Assembly (NCBI GenBank): GCA_041662625.1
Contig: JBAZSB010000001.1
Location: forward strand, 471,093-535,092
Direction: 5' to 3'
From: Patescibacteria group bacterium
GTDB taxonomy: Bacteria; Patescibacteriota; Patescibacteriia; Buchananbacterales; UBA6539
DNA: 64,000 nucleotides
Shown: positions 1 through 10,115 of the stretch, in pieces
How the letters are laid out: each line of letters opens with the position of its first letter
How positions within the stretch are numbered: the stretch's first letter is position 1
Translations under genes and position numbers: made by a program
The notes under the pieces: model-generated
The model's input: only the letters and a program-made list of their open reading frames with translations
What the model was told of the DNA's origin: nothing
Databases searched by the model: none

Positions 1-582
1 GGAAGTAATCCTGGGACAATGATAATTTTTAGAATTATACAGATAAAAAGCCGGATAAGGTAAAGAATCCAAATCCTCAATTAATTCTCGCCGTTTATTG
101 ACCACAACCTTATTCTGATTATCTCGATAAGCTAAACCATCAATAGTTTCCAAAGCTTTCCCTGAGACTAATTCAAGCAAAGTAATTTCACCCTCCCCAA
201 AAACTGCAAAATCAAAATTGTGCTTCTCAACCACTTCCGCTGGAAAAATCGAGGAATGAACGCCACCGGCAATAACTTTTATTGAATTATCAAATGATTT
301 AATCCGATTAACTAAATCACTGGCATCTTTTAATAGGCCAGTGGTAAAAGTAATACCAACAAAATTTGGTTGGAACCTCTTTAAGGATAGATCCAAATCC
401 TTCAAAGGTTCTTGAGAAATACTTAAATCCAAAATCTGAGTTGGATAACCGTCATCTAATAAGGCTGCCGCTAAAGCGGCTAAAGAGAGATAAGGAATAT
501 GAGGGATTGCTACACTAATCTTTGATTCCTTAAAAATTTTAATGGCGGTACTAGGACAAATTAATAGAACTCGTGCTTTCAT
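1..582 (-). CDS. B12-binding-domain radical SAM protein, N-terminal part; the gene continues beyond the window start
   Basis: Manual minus-strand translation from the ATG at ~582 gives MKARVLLICPSTAIKIFKESKISVAIPHIPYLSLAALAA...IKVIAGGVHSSIFPAEV. This matches the cobalamin-binding N-domain of class B radical SAM enzymes. No stop codon occurs before position 1. Confidence 0.5.
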   Translation of the reverse strand, partial: MKARVLLICPSTAIKIFKESKISVAIPHIPYLSLAALAAALLDDGYPTQILDLSISQEPLKDLDLSLKRFQPNFVGITFTTGLLKDASDLVNRIKSFDNSIKVIAGGVHSSIFPAEVVEKHNFDFAVFGEGEITLLELVSGKALETIDGLAYRDNQNKVVVNKRRELIEDLDSLPYPAFYLYNSKNYHCPRITS

Positions 583-684
583 TATTCAAATTATTAGCTT
601 GATTATTAATCAATAATACCTTATCATTATTATATAAAATTTGTTTTTGGTCAAGGCTGATTTAAAATTTTTTATCATTAATTT

Positions 685-1803
685 ATGGCTCAACCAAGCA
701 AAATTTTATATCTTGTTACCCAATCAGAATGGGGCGGCGCCCAGCGCTATATTTTTGATTTAGCAACGCATCTTGCCAGTGACTATAAAGTCGCTGTTGC
801 CGCTGGTGGTAATGATGAGTTATTTGCCAAATTAGACGAAAAAAATGTTGAAAATTACAAATTAAAAAATTTAGTCCGCCAGATTAATTTGACAAAAGAC
901 ATCCAAGCTTACTTTGAAATTAAAAAATTAATAAAAAAAATTAAACCGGATATTTTACACCTCAATAGTAGTAAAGCCGGAGTTATTGGCGCCATTGCTG
1001 GCCGACATGCCAATGTAAAAAAAATAATCTATACCGTTCATGGCTTTGTTTTCAATGAACCGATGGCCGGTTGGCAAAAACAAATTTATATTTGGGCAGA
1101 AAAATTCTCTGCTAAATATAAAGATAAATTAATTTGCGTTTCGGAATATGACCGACAGGTGGGAATTAAAAATAAAATTACTTCCGCAGATAAATTAATT
1201 ACTATCAATAATGGTATTGAACCAATAAGTTTTTTGAATAAAGCAACTGCCAGACAACAACTAAACTTACCGCCAGATAAAATAATTGTCGGAACTATTG
1301 CTAATTTCTATTTAACTAAAGGTTTAGCTTACTTGATTACGGCGGCCAAAGAAATTATAAAAATTATGCCCGACGTTATTTTCCGACTAATCGGCTTTGG
1401 GCGGCTAGAAAACCAACTCAAAACTGAAATTAAAAAGTTAAACTTAGAAAATAAAATTTATTTGGGAAAAGTTGAAAACGCCAAAGAATATCTGCTAGCT
1501 TTTGATCTCTTTGTTTTACCTTCAGTCAAGGAAGGCTTTTCTTATACGATTTTAGAAGCCATGCAAGCCGGCCTACCGATTGTGGCTACTTTGGTTGGTG
1601 GACTACCAGAAATGATTTCTGACAGCAATAATGGCTTATTAGTTCCGCCAGCTGATCCTAATGCATTGGCCCAAGCAATAATTAAACTTTTAGAAAATAA
1701 AGACTTGGCCACTCAATTAGGCAACCAAGCGAAAATCGACGTTAATCAAAAGTTTAGTTTGGCTAAAATGATTTCTGAAACAGCAAAAGTTTATCAAAGC
1801 TAA
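685..1803 (+). CDS. GT-B glycosyltransferase, family 4 (GT1/GT4-like)
   Basis: 372-aa ORF. N-terminal YLVTQSEWGGAQRYIFDLA and C-terminal EGFSYTILEAMQAGLPIVAT are typical GT4 motifs (E-x7-E region). Confidence 0.8.
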   Translation: MAQPSKILYLVTQSEWGGAQRYIFDLATHLASDYKVAVAAGGNDELFAKLDEKNVENYKLKNLVRQINLTKDIQAYFEIKKLIKKIKPDILHLNSSKAGVIGAIAGRHANVKKIIYTVHGFVFNEPMAGWQKQIYIWAEKFSAKYKDKLICVSEYDRQVGIKNKITSADKLITINNGIEPISFLNKATARQQLNLPPDKIIVGTIANFYLTKGLAYLITAAKEIIKIMPDVIFRLIGFGRLENQLKTEIKKLNLENKIYLGKVENAKEYLLAFDLFVLPSVKEGFSYTILEAMQAGLPIVATLVGGLPEMISDSNNGLLVPPADPNALAQAIIKLLENKDLATQLGNQAKIDVNQKFSLAKMISETAKVYQS

Positions 1804-1804
1804 A

Positions 1805-3463
1805 TTATTGCCAGTGATAAACGGCAAAGACGTTGCGGCCATCAGGCCGTTTTATTGTTTCTGGTTTTATATCTTTTAGCTGCTCGGCTAATGCTGCTGC
1901 ACCAGTAGTTCTTTCCTCAGCAGGTTTTTGTAACATGCTGGAATCAATAATCTTAAAAAAGTAGAAATCACCAACTCCCTGTTCAGTCCAAAATTTTTGA
2001 TTTTCTTTTAGGTAATCGTCAGCTGTTATGATTGGCCAACCTTGATAAACCATCCGGCGATGGAAAAGCCAAAGGGTGGCTAAATCATACATATTGCCAT
2101 CGTAAATCAGCAAAATAGGGGCTGGTTTTAACTTTTCCTTTTCCGCCCTCACTAAAGACTTGGCTTTAATATCTTCTAGAAATGGATAGCTGGCGGTGAA
2201 AGTGACAGCGGGTTTTTTATTATTTAACAGTTGGATTAAATATGTGTCTAATTGGTTATAACCATAACTATAACTTTCCTTTTTTAATTGAGAATAAGTG
2301 ATATTTTCCCAACCTAATGGATGGTAAACAAGTAAAGTATTAATTGTAAAAAATAACTCAAAAATCGCTAAAATTAGCAAGAAAATAACAACAATTAATT
2401 TCTTCTGCTGGGCGACAAACCAAGCGACTAATAAAACAATGAAGGGAACAACCAAACTTAAAAAACGGGGTAACGGTCCAATCAATAAAAATAAGAATAG
2501 ATAACTAAAAATAGTTAAAAGCAAAAGACCCAGTTTTTGGTCATGATGCTTCTTAAGATAATACAAAGCAAAAAATACACTGACAACTGTAAACAAAAAC
2601 ATCGGCCCCAAAATTCCAAAAAACAAATTGGGTATTAGATCAAGCAGGCGGCTGGAAAAACTGCCGATTTGCATTTTGCCGGGCAAATACTGCCATTCCC
2701 CTACCGTTTGACCGAAAAGATAGGAAAATTGCAGGTCAAAATGATTAGTCGCTTGATACAATTTAATATTATAGATTAGCACCGGACTAAAAATCAAAAC
2801 TGCTAAAACCAAACCCAGCCAAAAACCTTTTTTCTTCAGCTGATCTCGATTGGTAAAAAACGAGTAAATTAAAAAAATCGGAAAAATAATAAAGGCCGTA
2901 TATTTTGTCAGCATTGCTAAACCCAAACTAATCCCCCACTGCCAGTGCTGCCTATCAGTTAAATTTTTAAAAAATAAATAAAATGTTAATAAACTGAAAA
3001 AAATTACTAATGATTCTTGTAAACCAATCCGGCTGACCCAGCTATGGTTAACTGAAACGGCTAAAAGTAGGGCCGCGAATAAACCAACTTCTTTGCCAAA
3101 AAGCTTGCGGCCAATTAAATAAATTAAAAAAACCGACCCCACTCCAGCTAAGACAAAAGGCAAGCGCAAAACCAATAAACTTTGACCGAATAGACTAAAA
3201 AATAAATGCTGAATCAGAAAAACCAAAGGCGGATGATCATGGAAAGATAATTTAACCCAAAAAGGCAGGTTATCAGAAAACCACTCATAAGGAGTGGTCT
3301 GATAGGGTGAGGCAAAAAAATCAAGGTAGCCGACTGAACGAAAAGCAATTAAAGCTTCATCGGTAATTACATCAGCACTAGTCAGATGATAAAACCTTAA
3401 AAACAAAGCCAGAATAATAATTCCTAAAATAAGCCAATGCTCTTTTTTCATAATAAGTTTCAA
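1805..3463 (-). CDS. GT-C fold membrane glycosyltransferase (ArnT / PMT-like, GT39/83 family)
   Basis: 552-aa polytopic membrane protein. N-terminal HWLILGIIILALFLRFYHL..DE motif loop is typical of dolichyl/undecaprenyl-phosphate-sugar dependent GT-C enzymes. It is a paralog of 4216..5970. Confidence 0.65.
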   Translation of the reverse strand: MKLIMKKEHWLILGIIILALFLRFYHLTSADVITDEALIAFRSVGYLDFFASPYQTTPYEWFSDNLPFWVKLSFHDHPPLVFLIQHLFFSLFGQSLLVLRLPFVLAGVGSVFLIYLIGRKLFGKEVGLFAALLLAVSVNHSWVSRIGLQESLVIFFSLLTFYLFFKNLTDRQHWQWGISLGLAMLTKYTAFIIFPIFLIYSFFTNRDQLKKKGFWLGLVLAVLIFSPVLIYNIKLYQATNHFDLQFSYLFGQTVGEWQYLPGKMQIGSFSSRLLDLIPNLFFGILGPMFLFTVVSVFFALYYLKKHHDQKLGLLLLTIFSYLFLFLLIGPLPRFLSLVVPFIVLLVAWFVAQQKKLIVVIFLLILAIFELFFTINTLLVYHPLGWENITYSQLKKESYSYGYNQLDTYLIQLLNNKKPAVTFTASYPFLEDIKAKSLVRAEKEKLKPAPILLIYDGNMYDLATLWLFHRRMVYQGWPIITADDYLKENQKFWTEQGVGDFYFFKIIDSSMLQKPAEERTTGAAALAEQLKDIKPETIKRPDGRNVFAVYHWQ

Positions 3464-3530
3464 CTCTAATCAGCAAAATGTTCTCCCAATGTAAAGTTTG
3501 GGATTACAGATTTTATTTGACTAACCAAAA

Positions 3531-4208
3531 TTAACGGATTAATTTTTGGATTTCCTGTTTAACTATTTCGTCATCCGGATAAATTTCTAAGTGTTGACGA
3601 TAATAGTCAATAGCCTCTTCTGTGCGACCCTGACTTTGATAAAAATTTGCCAAGAGTGCCATTAAATCGCTTCTCGGATTATTTTTAATGCCTTCCAATA
3701 ATATTTCTTCGGCTTTTTTGGGGTCCTTGAGATTATCCAGGTAAAAAGAAAAGAAATTCCGATAGAACATGGCATTCTTTTCCTCACCCATTGAATTTTC
3801 AATTGCTTTACGTATTACTGGCTCAACTTTATCATATTCTTTGGTAAAATTAATGTATAAATCCGCTAAATTATTAAAGGAAATGCTGTTACTCGGCCGA
3901 TATTCACCGGCTTTAAACCAAGCAGCTTCGGCTCCTTTGTAATCACCCAGGTGTTTTTTAATCATTCCTAATTCCAGCCAACCATCCAATTGATCAGGGT
4001 TTTCATTAAGTGATGAGACAGCTTTATCAAATCGCTCTTGATATTCTTTTTTTTGCCAATCAGCCAAATTTTGATCAACCACTTTGAATTCAAATAAATT
4101 ATTTTCTTCTACCGGCACTCCACTCTTCGGCCAATAATAATAGGCTAAAAAGCCAACTGCTCCCAGCAAAATAACAAGGGCGATAAGAGATTGAATTTTT
4201 TTGTTCAT
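3531..4208 (-). CDS. TPR-repeat protein with N-terminal membrane anchor
   Basis: 225 aa with an N-terminal TM helix followed by TPR-like repeats (AEAAWFKAGEY..., EEAIDYYRQHLEIYPDD). It lies between the two GT-C paralogs. Confidence 0.6.
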   Translation of the reverse strand: MNKKIQSLIALVILLGAVGFLAYYYWPKSGVPVEENNLFEFKVVDQNLADWQKKEYQERFDKAVSSLNENPDQLDGWLELGMIKKHLGDYKGAEAAWFKAGEYRPSNSISFNNLADLYINFTKEYDKVEPVIRKAIENSMGEEKNAMFYRNFFSFYLDNLKDPKKAEEILLEGIKNNPRSDLMALLANFYQSQGRTEEAIDYYRQHLEIYPDDEIVKQEIQKLIR

Positions 4209-4215
4209 AGGTTTT

Positions 4216-5970
4216 TTAATTATTTAATTTTAATTTATAAACTTTAAAAGAAAGTTCATTGTTAATATTATAGATATCATGGACCTCAACAGCTATTGGT
4301 TCAAAGGCTTGCGCAACCTGGGCCGCAGCAAGCTGATTTATTTTTTGTTCATTATCGGTTACCAAAAATTTATTAAGTCCCCAAATATAATAGACATCTT
4401 TTACTTTGGCTTGCCCCAAAAAGTCTAACCACTGGTCAAAGGGGACAAATCGTCCTAGCTCAGCCGCCGAAATAAAAGTTACTTTATAATAAATTGCCCA
4501 GCGGCGGAAATACCAAAGGGAAGCAAACCAATTAAGCGTTGGATCATAGATAAAAAAATCTTTGCCAGCCAAATCTTTGGTTGTATCAACCATTAAATCA
4601 CCAGATTTATTAATAGTAATCATTTTGTCCTGATTAAAATTGTGAATTTGTGACAAATAGTTTTCTAACTGATTAAAACCATGGTTTTCAAAACGGCTAT
4701 TTGAGTAATGCTTTACTGGCTGACCGACGGGCTTTAAAAAAATATTGGTATTCAAATTATAAAGTAACTCAATAATAATTATAGAAGTTAGAACCAAAAA
4801 ATAAACCGCCATTTTTATTTTTTTACCAAGACGTTTTAACAAATGTGGATCTTGATATATCTGAATAACTCCCCAAGCCAAAATAATAGCCAAAAATGGA
4901 CTAATTATTGATAAGTAGCGGTCGCCCGCCCCAATGAACATGAACTGAACAATTATAAAAAATAAAGCCAATAAAACCAAAAAATTTTTATCGTTTTTAA
5001 AATTTAAAAAAGTAAAAAATATAAAATAGAAAAAGCAAGCTAAAAGGGCTAAACAGACTGGCAAAGAAGCTGACTGATAAATTACTGAAAAAATATTGAT
5101 TAATTCATTAAAATGATTCTGAGTTAAATTATTTTGGGCAAATATCGGCCAATCATTGGAAATATCCTGCCGAAATAACTGAGAAAACTGCAGATCAAAA
5201 TGTTGCCTCGTCTGGTAAAGTTCAATATTATAAAACACAACAGGGGAAATAACCAAAAAAGCAATAACCATACCAGCAATTAAATACCTACTGATAAATT
5301 GTTTTCTTTCTTTAAACAGAAGATAAAAGAAAACAACAGGAATTATAAAAAGAGTAACATACTTAGTCAAAAGGCAAAGACCCAGACTTAATCCGAAAAA
5401 AATAAAATAAAAATTATTTTTTAAACTCAACAAAAATAAAAGTAAGGTCAGAATTATAAAAAATATAGAAATGCCTTCCAAATAACCAATCCGGCTGATC
5501 CAGCTAAAATAGGAAAAAACCGCCAAAAATAAACTGGCAAGTAATGCCGTCTTTTCCCCATAAAGTTGTTTAACCAAAAAATAAAGCAAGATAACTGAGC
5601 CAACTCCAGCCAAAGCAAAAGGTAATTTGGCGGTAAAATTAGAGATGCCAAAAACTTTAAAAAACAAATGTTGAATCATAAAAACTAAAGGCGGCGCATC
5701 ATGAAAAGACAATTTTGACCACCAAGGGATATTACTAAACCAAACAATTGGGGTAGTTTGGGTATTAACAGAATCAACAAAATCAAAATAACCAATTGCT
5801 CGAAAGGAGTAAATGGCATCATCAGCTTGAATATCAGCCCGGTTAAGACGGAAAAAAATCAAAAAAGAAGCTAAAACAACAATTAAAAATAGCCACAACC
5901 AAGGCTTTTTTAAAAAACTTTTATGCTCCATAGATAATCTAATTTTATCAATAAATTTGATTTTTTTCAA
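4216..5970 (-). CDS. GT-C fold membrane glycosyltransferase (ArnT / PMT-like), paralog of 1805..3463
   Basis: 584 aa. It shares motifs with the upstream paralog: FSNIPWWSKLSFHDAPPLVFMIQHLFF vs FSDNLPFWVKLSFHDHPPLVFLIQHLFF, and YNIELYQTRQHFDLQF vs YNIKLYQATNHFDLQF. Confidence 0.65.
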   Translation of the reverse strand: MKKIKFIDKIRLSMEHKSFLKKPWLWLFLIVVLASFLIFFRLNRADIQADDAIYSFRAIGYFDFVDSVNTQTTPIVWFSNIPWWSKLSFHDAPPLVFMIQHLFFKVFGISNFTAKLPFALAGVGSVILLYFLVKQLYGEKTALLASLFLAVFSYFSWISRIGYLEGISIFFIILTLLLFLLSLKNNFYFIFFGLSLGLCLLTKYVTLFIIPVVFFYLLFKERKQFISRYLIAGMVIAFLVISPVVFYNIELYQTRQHFDLQFSQLFRQDISNDWPIFAQNNLTQNHFNELINIFSVIYQSASLPVCLALLACFFYFIFFTFLNFKNDKNFLVLLALFFIIVQFMFIGAGDRYLSIISPFLAIILAWGVIQIYQDPHLLKRLGKKIKMAVYFLVLTSIIIIELLYNLNTNIFLKPVGQPVKHYSNSRFENHGFNQLENYLSQIHNFNQDKMITINKSGDLMVDTTKDLAGKDFFIYDPTLNWFASLWYFRRWAIYYKVTFISAAELGRFVPFDQWLDFLGQAKVKDVYYIWGLNKFLVTDNEQKINQLAAAQVAQAFEPIAVEVHDIYNINNELSFKVYKLKLNN

Positions 5971-6011
5971 GGTTTACCCAATCAGAAACAAAATTTCTAA
6001 TGGAGTAAAAC

Positions 6012-6060
6012 AAAGAGCCCCTCCCCCCGCCGTGAGGCGGGAAAAGAGGAGCTCTTCTTT
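6012..6060 (-). terminator. GC-rich nested hairpin (CCCGCC-GTGA-GGCGGG inside AGAGC/GCTCT) followed by a T-run on the minus strand. Likely a rho-independent terminator of the large surface-protein gene.
   Basis: Seen directly in an otherwise AT-rich intergenic region, directly 3' of the 6101..9841 minus-strand gene. Confidence 0.5.
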
Positions 6061-6100
6061 ATCGTTTCAACTTTTACTTACAAGAGGAAAACTGGCTTAA

Positions 6101-9100
6101 TTATTTACTCCAAGTAGTACCACTAGTCGTGGCTGATATATAAGATGGAGGAGAACCAGCATCCGTTACTAAGTAGCCATTATACCACTGCTCGGCTGTT
6201 GAAGTACAAGTACTTGAGGAATTCTTTGTACCCGACATCCTCCACCAATCAGTCCAAACGAAATTATAGAGTTCACCATAATTATAAGCGCTTGGATCTT
6301 TCAAGTAGAGAGCGAGATTACTGCCACCCGTAGTGATAGCAGACGAATCAGCCATGAATTTAGTGTTGACTGTACCACCAGTTGGAGTAGTCGGATGACT
6401 ACAGAAACTTGAAGCACATTCGATATCACCCTTCACCTGATAAGTCTGGGAACTACCAGCAGCAATGATTGATTCGCTGGGCAGTAAATTGGTCAGAGCT
6501 GTGCCTACTGCGAAAGCTGGAATTGCACCGTCAGTGGTCAAGAAAAACTTCTGAACAATAGTACCCTTACTTCCACCGGCGTCAATGAATGTTGAAGAAG
6601 CTGTCCCGACTTTTGTTCCACCAGCATACAAGTAGACGTTGGTAACAGTAGCAGTAGTAGTAGTCATTAAGAAACTAACACTCATTAAACCAATATCACC
6701 ACCGCTATCAGCCGCCACGGTAAACTGACTTAAGACTTTGGTATTAGTCCCAGCCGGAATTGTTCCACCGGTTTCAGTTAAGGTAACCTTAGGAATACTT
6801 CTGACTAAGGTCAAGCTTTTACCACTAGCAGTACTTAAGCTAGCTGTAACTTCTTGACCGGACTCAGCACCTTTAGCTACGATGTCACCAGCACCGCTGA
6901 TTGACAGATAGAAACCTTGATAAGAAGATGCAAAACCAGCAGTATCACCATTAAGCTCATAATTTACTACCGGCGTATCAACCTTAAAGGTTAAGGTAAC
7001 TGTAGTGTCTTTTGGTATTACTAATGGATTACTGGTGAGATCCAATAAAGCAGTTTTACTGGCCGCATCAGTGGCAGTTGGCACTACTGAGCCAACTAAA
7101 GTACTACCATTATACAGGTATAATGTATCGATCTGATCAAAGCCACCGCTGTTGACCTGTTCGGCGGTAACATACATCTTTTCAATGTTAATGTTTTCCT
7201 TTGTCCCCTGAATCAATAATACTGCAGCACTAACACCAGCAGTATTACCTGGAATAAAGCCGGCTTTGGGTGTAGCGGATGATTGGGTTAAAGTCAAAGT
7301 CCCAGTAGTAGTAAATGTTTGGGCTTGACCATCGCTTTGGCTAACAGTAATTATTGCATCTAAAGCGCTACTATTACCTTTGGCTGTGATATGGTCAGAA
7401 CCAGTCTTATCCGGTAAACCAACGGTAATTGAACCGGAAGTCGCTGAAGTGGCAATATCACCTTTTATCGTTAAGGTTTTACTTGTTCCCTTGGTAATGA
7501 CTAAGGGTGTAGACAAGGTAAAGGTGGAGGTAGCGGAATTACCAGCTGCAGTCTTGCCGGAAGTATCGGAATCCGGATCATTGGTCACGGAAAGTTCCGT
7601 ACTACCATTCCACAAGCTCCAGTTAGAAACTTGTGACGGATTAGCAGTTGAAGAATGGACTGCTACTTTAACGGCAGTAACCTTAATATCTTCACCAGAA
7701 GATTCGGCGCCGATAATAATATTAGCAAAGGTATGACCTTTGGTTCCGCCTACAACTGTTGCTGCACCCGGAGTCGGTGAAACTGAAATGGCTAAAGCTG
7801 CACTTTGAACAGTCATCGTTGCCGAAGTCTGCTCAGAATATGGGGTCGGATAAATAGTTAAACCGGTATTTTCACCCTTCGCTACGATTGTGGCAGCTGT
7901 GGCTGAAACGGCAGGTTTAATGTGAGCAATAATCGTATCACCAGTGCCAAAATCTGAATCTAAGTCGGCTTTAACCGTGTAAATATGGACCCCGACAGGA
8001 ACAGTAACCGTGTCAGTAGAAGTAGCTACTAATATAGCTGTTTTAGTAGTACCACCGTCGTCATAATACTTTAATGTTGGATCATCTGGACCAGCAACAA
8101 TTACACCATTTTCGTCATAAACACTCACATTTGTTAAGTCAACTGTGGTGTCAGTGCCTAAATTGCCAGTAGAAGTAGTTATTTTGAAAGCAATCGGCAA
8201 AGACGTAATTTCAACCGCTTCGCCTTTGGCTTCAAACTCAAACTTGCCTAAAACTATCTGGGTATCATCTTCTGGAATATTGGCATTACTTAAGGTGGAT
8301 GAACCAATTCTTAGAGAACCGGTACTAACGGTGGTAAGAGGCGCCGTCCAGAAAGGTTCGGCATCAACAGTACAACCGCTGCCGCAAGCCACTTTGACTT
8401 CTGAACCATAAAGCTGGCCTTTAGCCCGAATATCAGATTCATCATTGACGTCAAAGCGGATGGTTCGAGCAGAACCACTAGCAATATCTAACTGCAGGTC
8501 AAACTGGACTGATCTACCTTTAGCAATTAAGACAGGACTGGCTGATAAATCAAAAGTTACCACACCATCCACAGGTTCGGCCACGGTCTTAACAACAGCA
8601 TCATCAACCAATAAATCTAAATTGGCGACGTCGCTGTCACTGGCGGTTCCCCCTTGCTTGAAGGAAATCTGGGTGACTTTAAAGTCTTCCACTGAACCAG
8701 CAGTTAATTTAACACCGGAAGCGATGTAATTGGTTACGCCAACCTTTTGGGTTGAAGCGCTTGGATTATTACTACCATTGTAAGTCGTCAAAGTACCAAT
8801 GGTCACGGTACCGTTAAGGGTCTGATAATTACCCACTATTGGCAAAGTGCCAATTACGGCGGCAGTCCCGCTCAAAGTAATGCTGTATAAATCCAATGAT
8901 GGGATTTCACCAGCATAGGAAGCAGTCGCCCCCATATTACCAGCGAGGTAAATGGTTTTGGTCGTACCCGCGGTAACGGTAATATCCTTGTTGAATACCG
9001 CCTGATGGGTGGAATTTAAGGTTTTGGTTGTACCAATTCTAACATCAGTAGCGGCATCAATTAAGGCAATTGAACTAAATGGCGTATCAGAGGCCACAGT

Positions 9101-9841
9101 TCCGCCTCGTCTAACAACTAATTGATCAATAACAATGTCACCATCAGCTGAAGCAGTTAGGTTAACCTTGGTAAATTTGTTGTTGATTGAATTAGCAACA
9201 ACAATGCCAGAGGCTGCAGTATCAGAGGCTAAAGCAACAGTTAAACTTGTGCCGGTAGAAACAGCACCGCCACTCGTTAAGTTCTTATCATCATTAATCG
9301 AGGTAGCTGCTGAAGTTTCTGCCGCTTTGTCAAAATCAGAAGCAGCATCAATGTCAGCACCAACGGTGTAGTTGACAAAGAAAGCATCAGAGATATCATC
9401 AACTGATGTTGTTGCCCAATTAGCACCGTATAAAGTTTCGGCAATAGCGCCGGTTGTTACCCAGTGTAAAGTTCCATTAGCTCCAACCGCATAGACTTTA
9501 GGATCAGTATTGATTTTCACTAATTTGACTCCTGGTCTGTAGGTAACATTGCCACCAATAGCATAAGAGCTCATCTCGGTTGAAGAGACGATCTGGACAC
9601 CAGAAAAGTCTGGATACCAAGTTTTATATGTTTTCTCATTTGGGAAAACATATCTCTTGCTATCAGCACCAAGGTAATAAACAGCTTTACAAGGGTCATT
9701 GACCTCAGCACCAGCAGCACACTGGAGCTTAATCAAATCACCGGAAACAGCTGCACCTACTGAGAAGGGAATAGCGAGTATTCCTACTGACCAAACTATA
9801 GTCGCAACGGCAACACTGTAGGTTAATACTTTTTTAATCAT
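6101..9841 (-). CDS. Very large secreted / cell-surface protein (1246 aa), Ser/Thr/Gly-rich, repetitive; likely S-layer- or adhesin-like
   Basis: N-terminal signal peptide (MIKKVLTYSVAVATIVWSVGILAIPFSVGA). Extreme Thr/Ser/Gly/Val composition with many beta-strand-like repeats. The internal opposite-strand ORFs are artefacts. Confidence 0.6.
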   Translation of the reverse strand: MIKKVLTYSVAVATIVWSVGILAIPFSVGAAVSGDLIKLQCAAGAEVNDPCKAVYYLGADSKRYVFPNEKTYKTWYPDFSGVQIVSSTEMSSYAIGGNVTYRPGVKLVKINTDPKVYAVGANGTLHWVTTGAIAETLYGANWATTSVDDISDAFFVNYTVGADIDAASDFDKAAETSAATSINDDKNLTSGGAVSTGTSLTVALASDTAASGIVVANSINNKFTKVNLTASADGDIVIDQLVVRRGGTVASDTPFSSIALIDAATDVRIGTTKTLNSTHQAVFNKDITVTAGTTKTIYLAGNMGATASYAGEIPSLDLYSITLSGTAAVIGTLPIVGNYQTLNGTVTIGTLTTYNGSNNPSASTQKVGVTNYIASGVKLTAGSVEDFKVTQISFKQGGTASDSDVANLDLLVDDAVVKTVAEPVDGVVTFDLSASPVLIAKGRSVQFDLQLDIASGSARTIRFDVNDESDIRAKGQLYGSEVKVACGSGCTVDAEPFWTAPLTTVSTGSLRIGSSTLSNANIPEDDTQIVLGKFEFEAKGEAVEITSLPIAFKITTSTGNLGTDTTVDLTNVSVYDENGVIVAGPDDPTLKYYDDGGTTKTAILVATSTDTVTVPVGVHIYTVKADLDSDFGTGDTIIAHIKPAVSATAATIVAKGENTGLTIYPTPYSEQTSATMTVQSAALAISVSPTPGAATVVGGTKGHTFANIIIGAESSGEDIKVTAVKVAVHSSTANPSQVSNWSLWNGSTELSVTNDPDSDTSGKTAAGNSATSTFTLSTPLVITKGTSKTLTIKGDIATSATSGSITVGLPDKTGSDHITAKGNSSALDAIITVSQSDGQAQTFTTTGTLTLTQSSATPKAGFIPGNTAGVSAAVLLIQGTKENINIEKMYVTAEQVNSGGFDQIDTLYLYNGSTLVGSVVPTATDAASKTALLDLTSNPLVIPKDTTVTLTFKVDTPVVNYELNGDTAGFASSYQGFYLSISGAGDIVAKGAESGQEVTASLSTASGKSLTLVRSIPKVTLTETGGTIPAGTNTKVLSQFTVAADSGGDIGLMSVSFLMTTTTATVTNVYLYAGGTKVGTASSTFIDAGGSKGTIVQKFFLTTDGAIPAFAVGTALTNLLPSESIIAAGSSQTYQVKGDIECASSFCSHPTTPTGGTVNTKFMADSSAITTGGSNLALYLKDPSAYNYGELYNFVWTDWWRMSGTKNSSSTCTSTAEQWYNGYLVTDAGSPPSYISATTSGTTWSK

Positions 9842-10115
9842 TTTTAATTTTTCCTTTCTTAGTTCATTAATCTCTTTAGTTAGGTTTGATCTTGTTACGC
9901 CTAGGCTAAATTAACAACATCAGCTGAGTCCCGATTTCACATCGGGACATCTAAATCCAGCTGTCCTTGCTCAATTCAAGGTTCCTGCTTTTACAGGATC
10001 GACCTTTGCCTTAAATAAGTAAGGGGATTTAGACCCTAATTGCTCCAAAAAGTCTAATGAACTTTTATTTTACCCAACTTTATATATTAAGCTTGTTGGG
10101 TGCAAAATTACTAAA

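Noticed and set aside
5454-5651. Small nested ORFs inside larger genes (for example 5454..5651, 16426..16659, 17568..17750, 25606..25818, 34925..35327, 46166..46591)
   Set aside because: Each is fully contained within a longer, better-supported ORF on the same or opposite strand and lacks independent signals.
6145-9371. Five plus-strand ORFs (62-118 aa) inside the 1246-aa surface-protein gene
   Set aside because: They lie antisense to a long, compositionally biased ORF and are rich in Pro/Ala/Val, as expected for the opposite strand of Thr/Ser/Gly-rich coding sequence. They have no SD or promoters.
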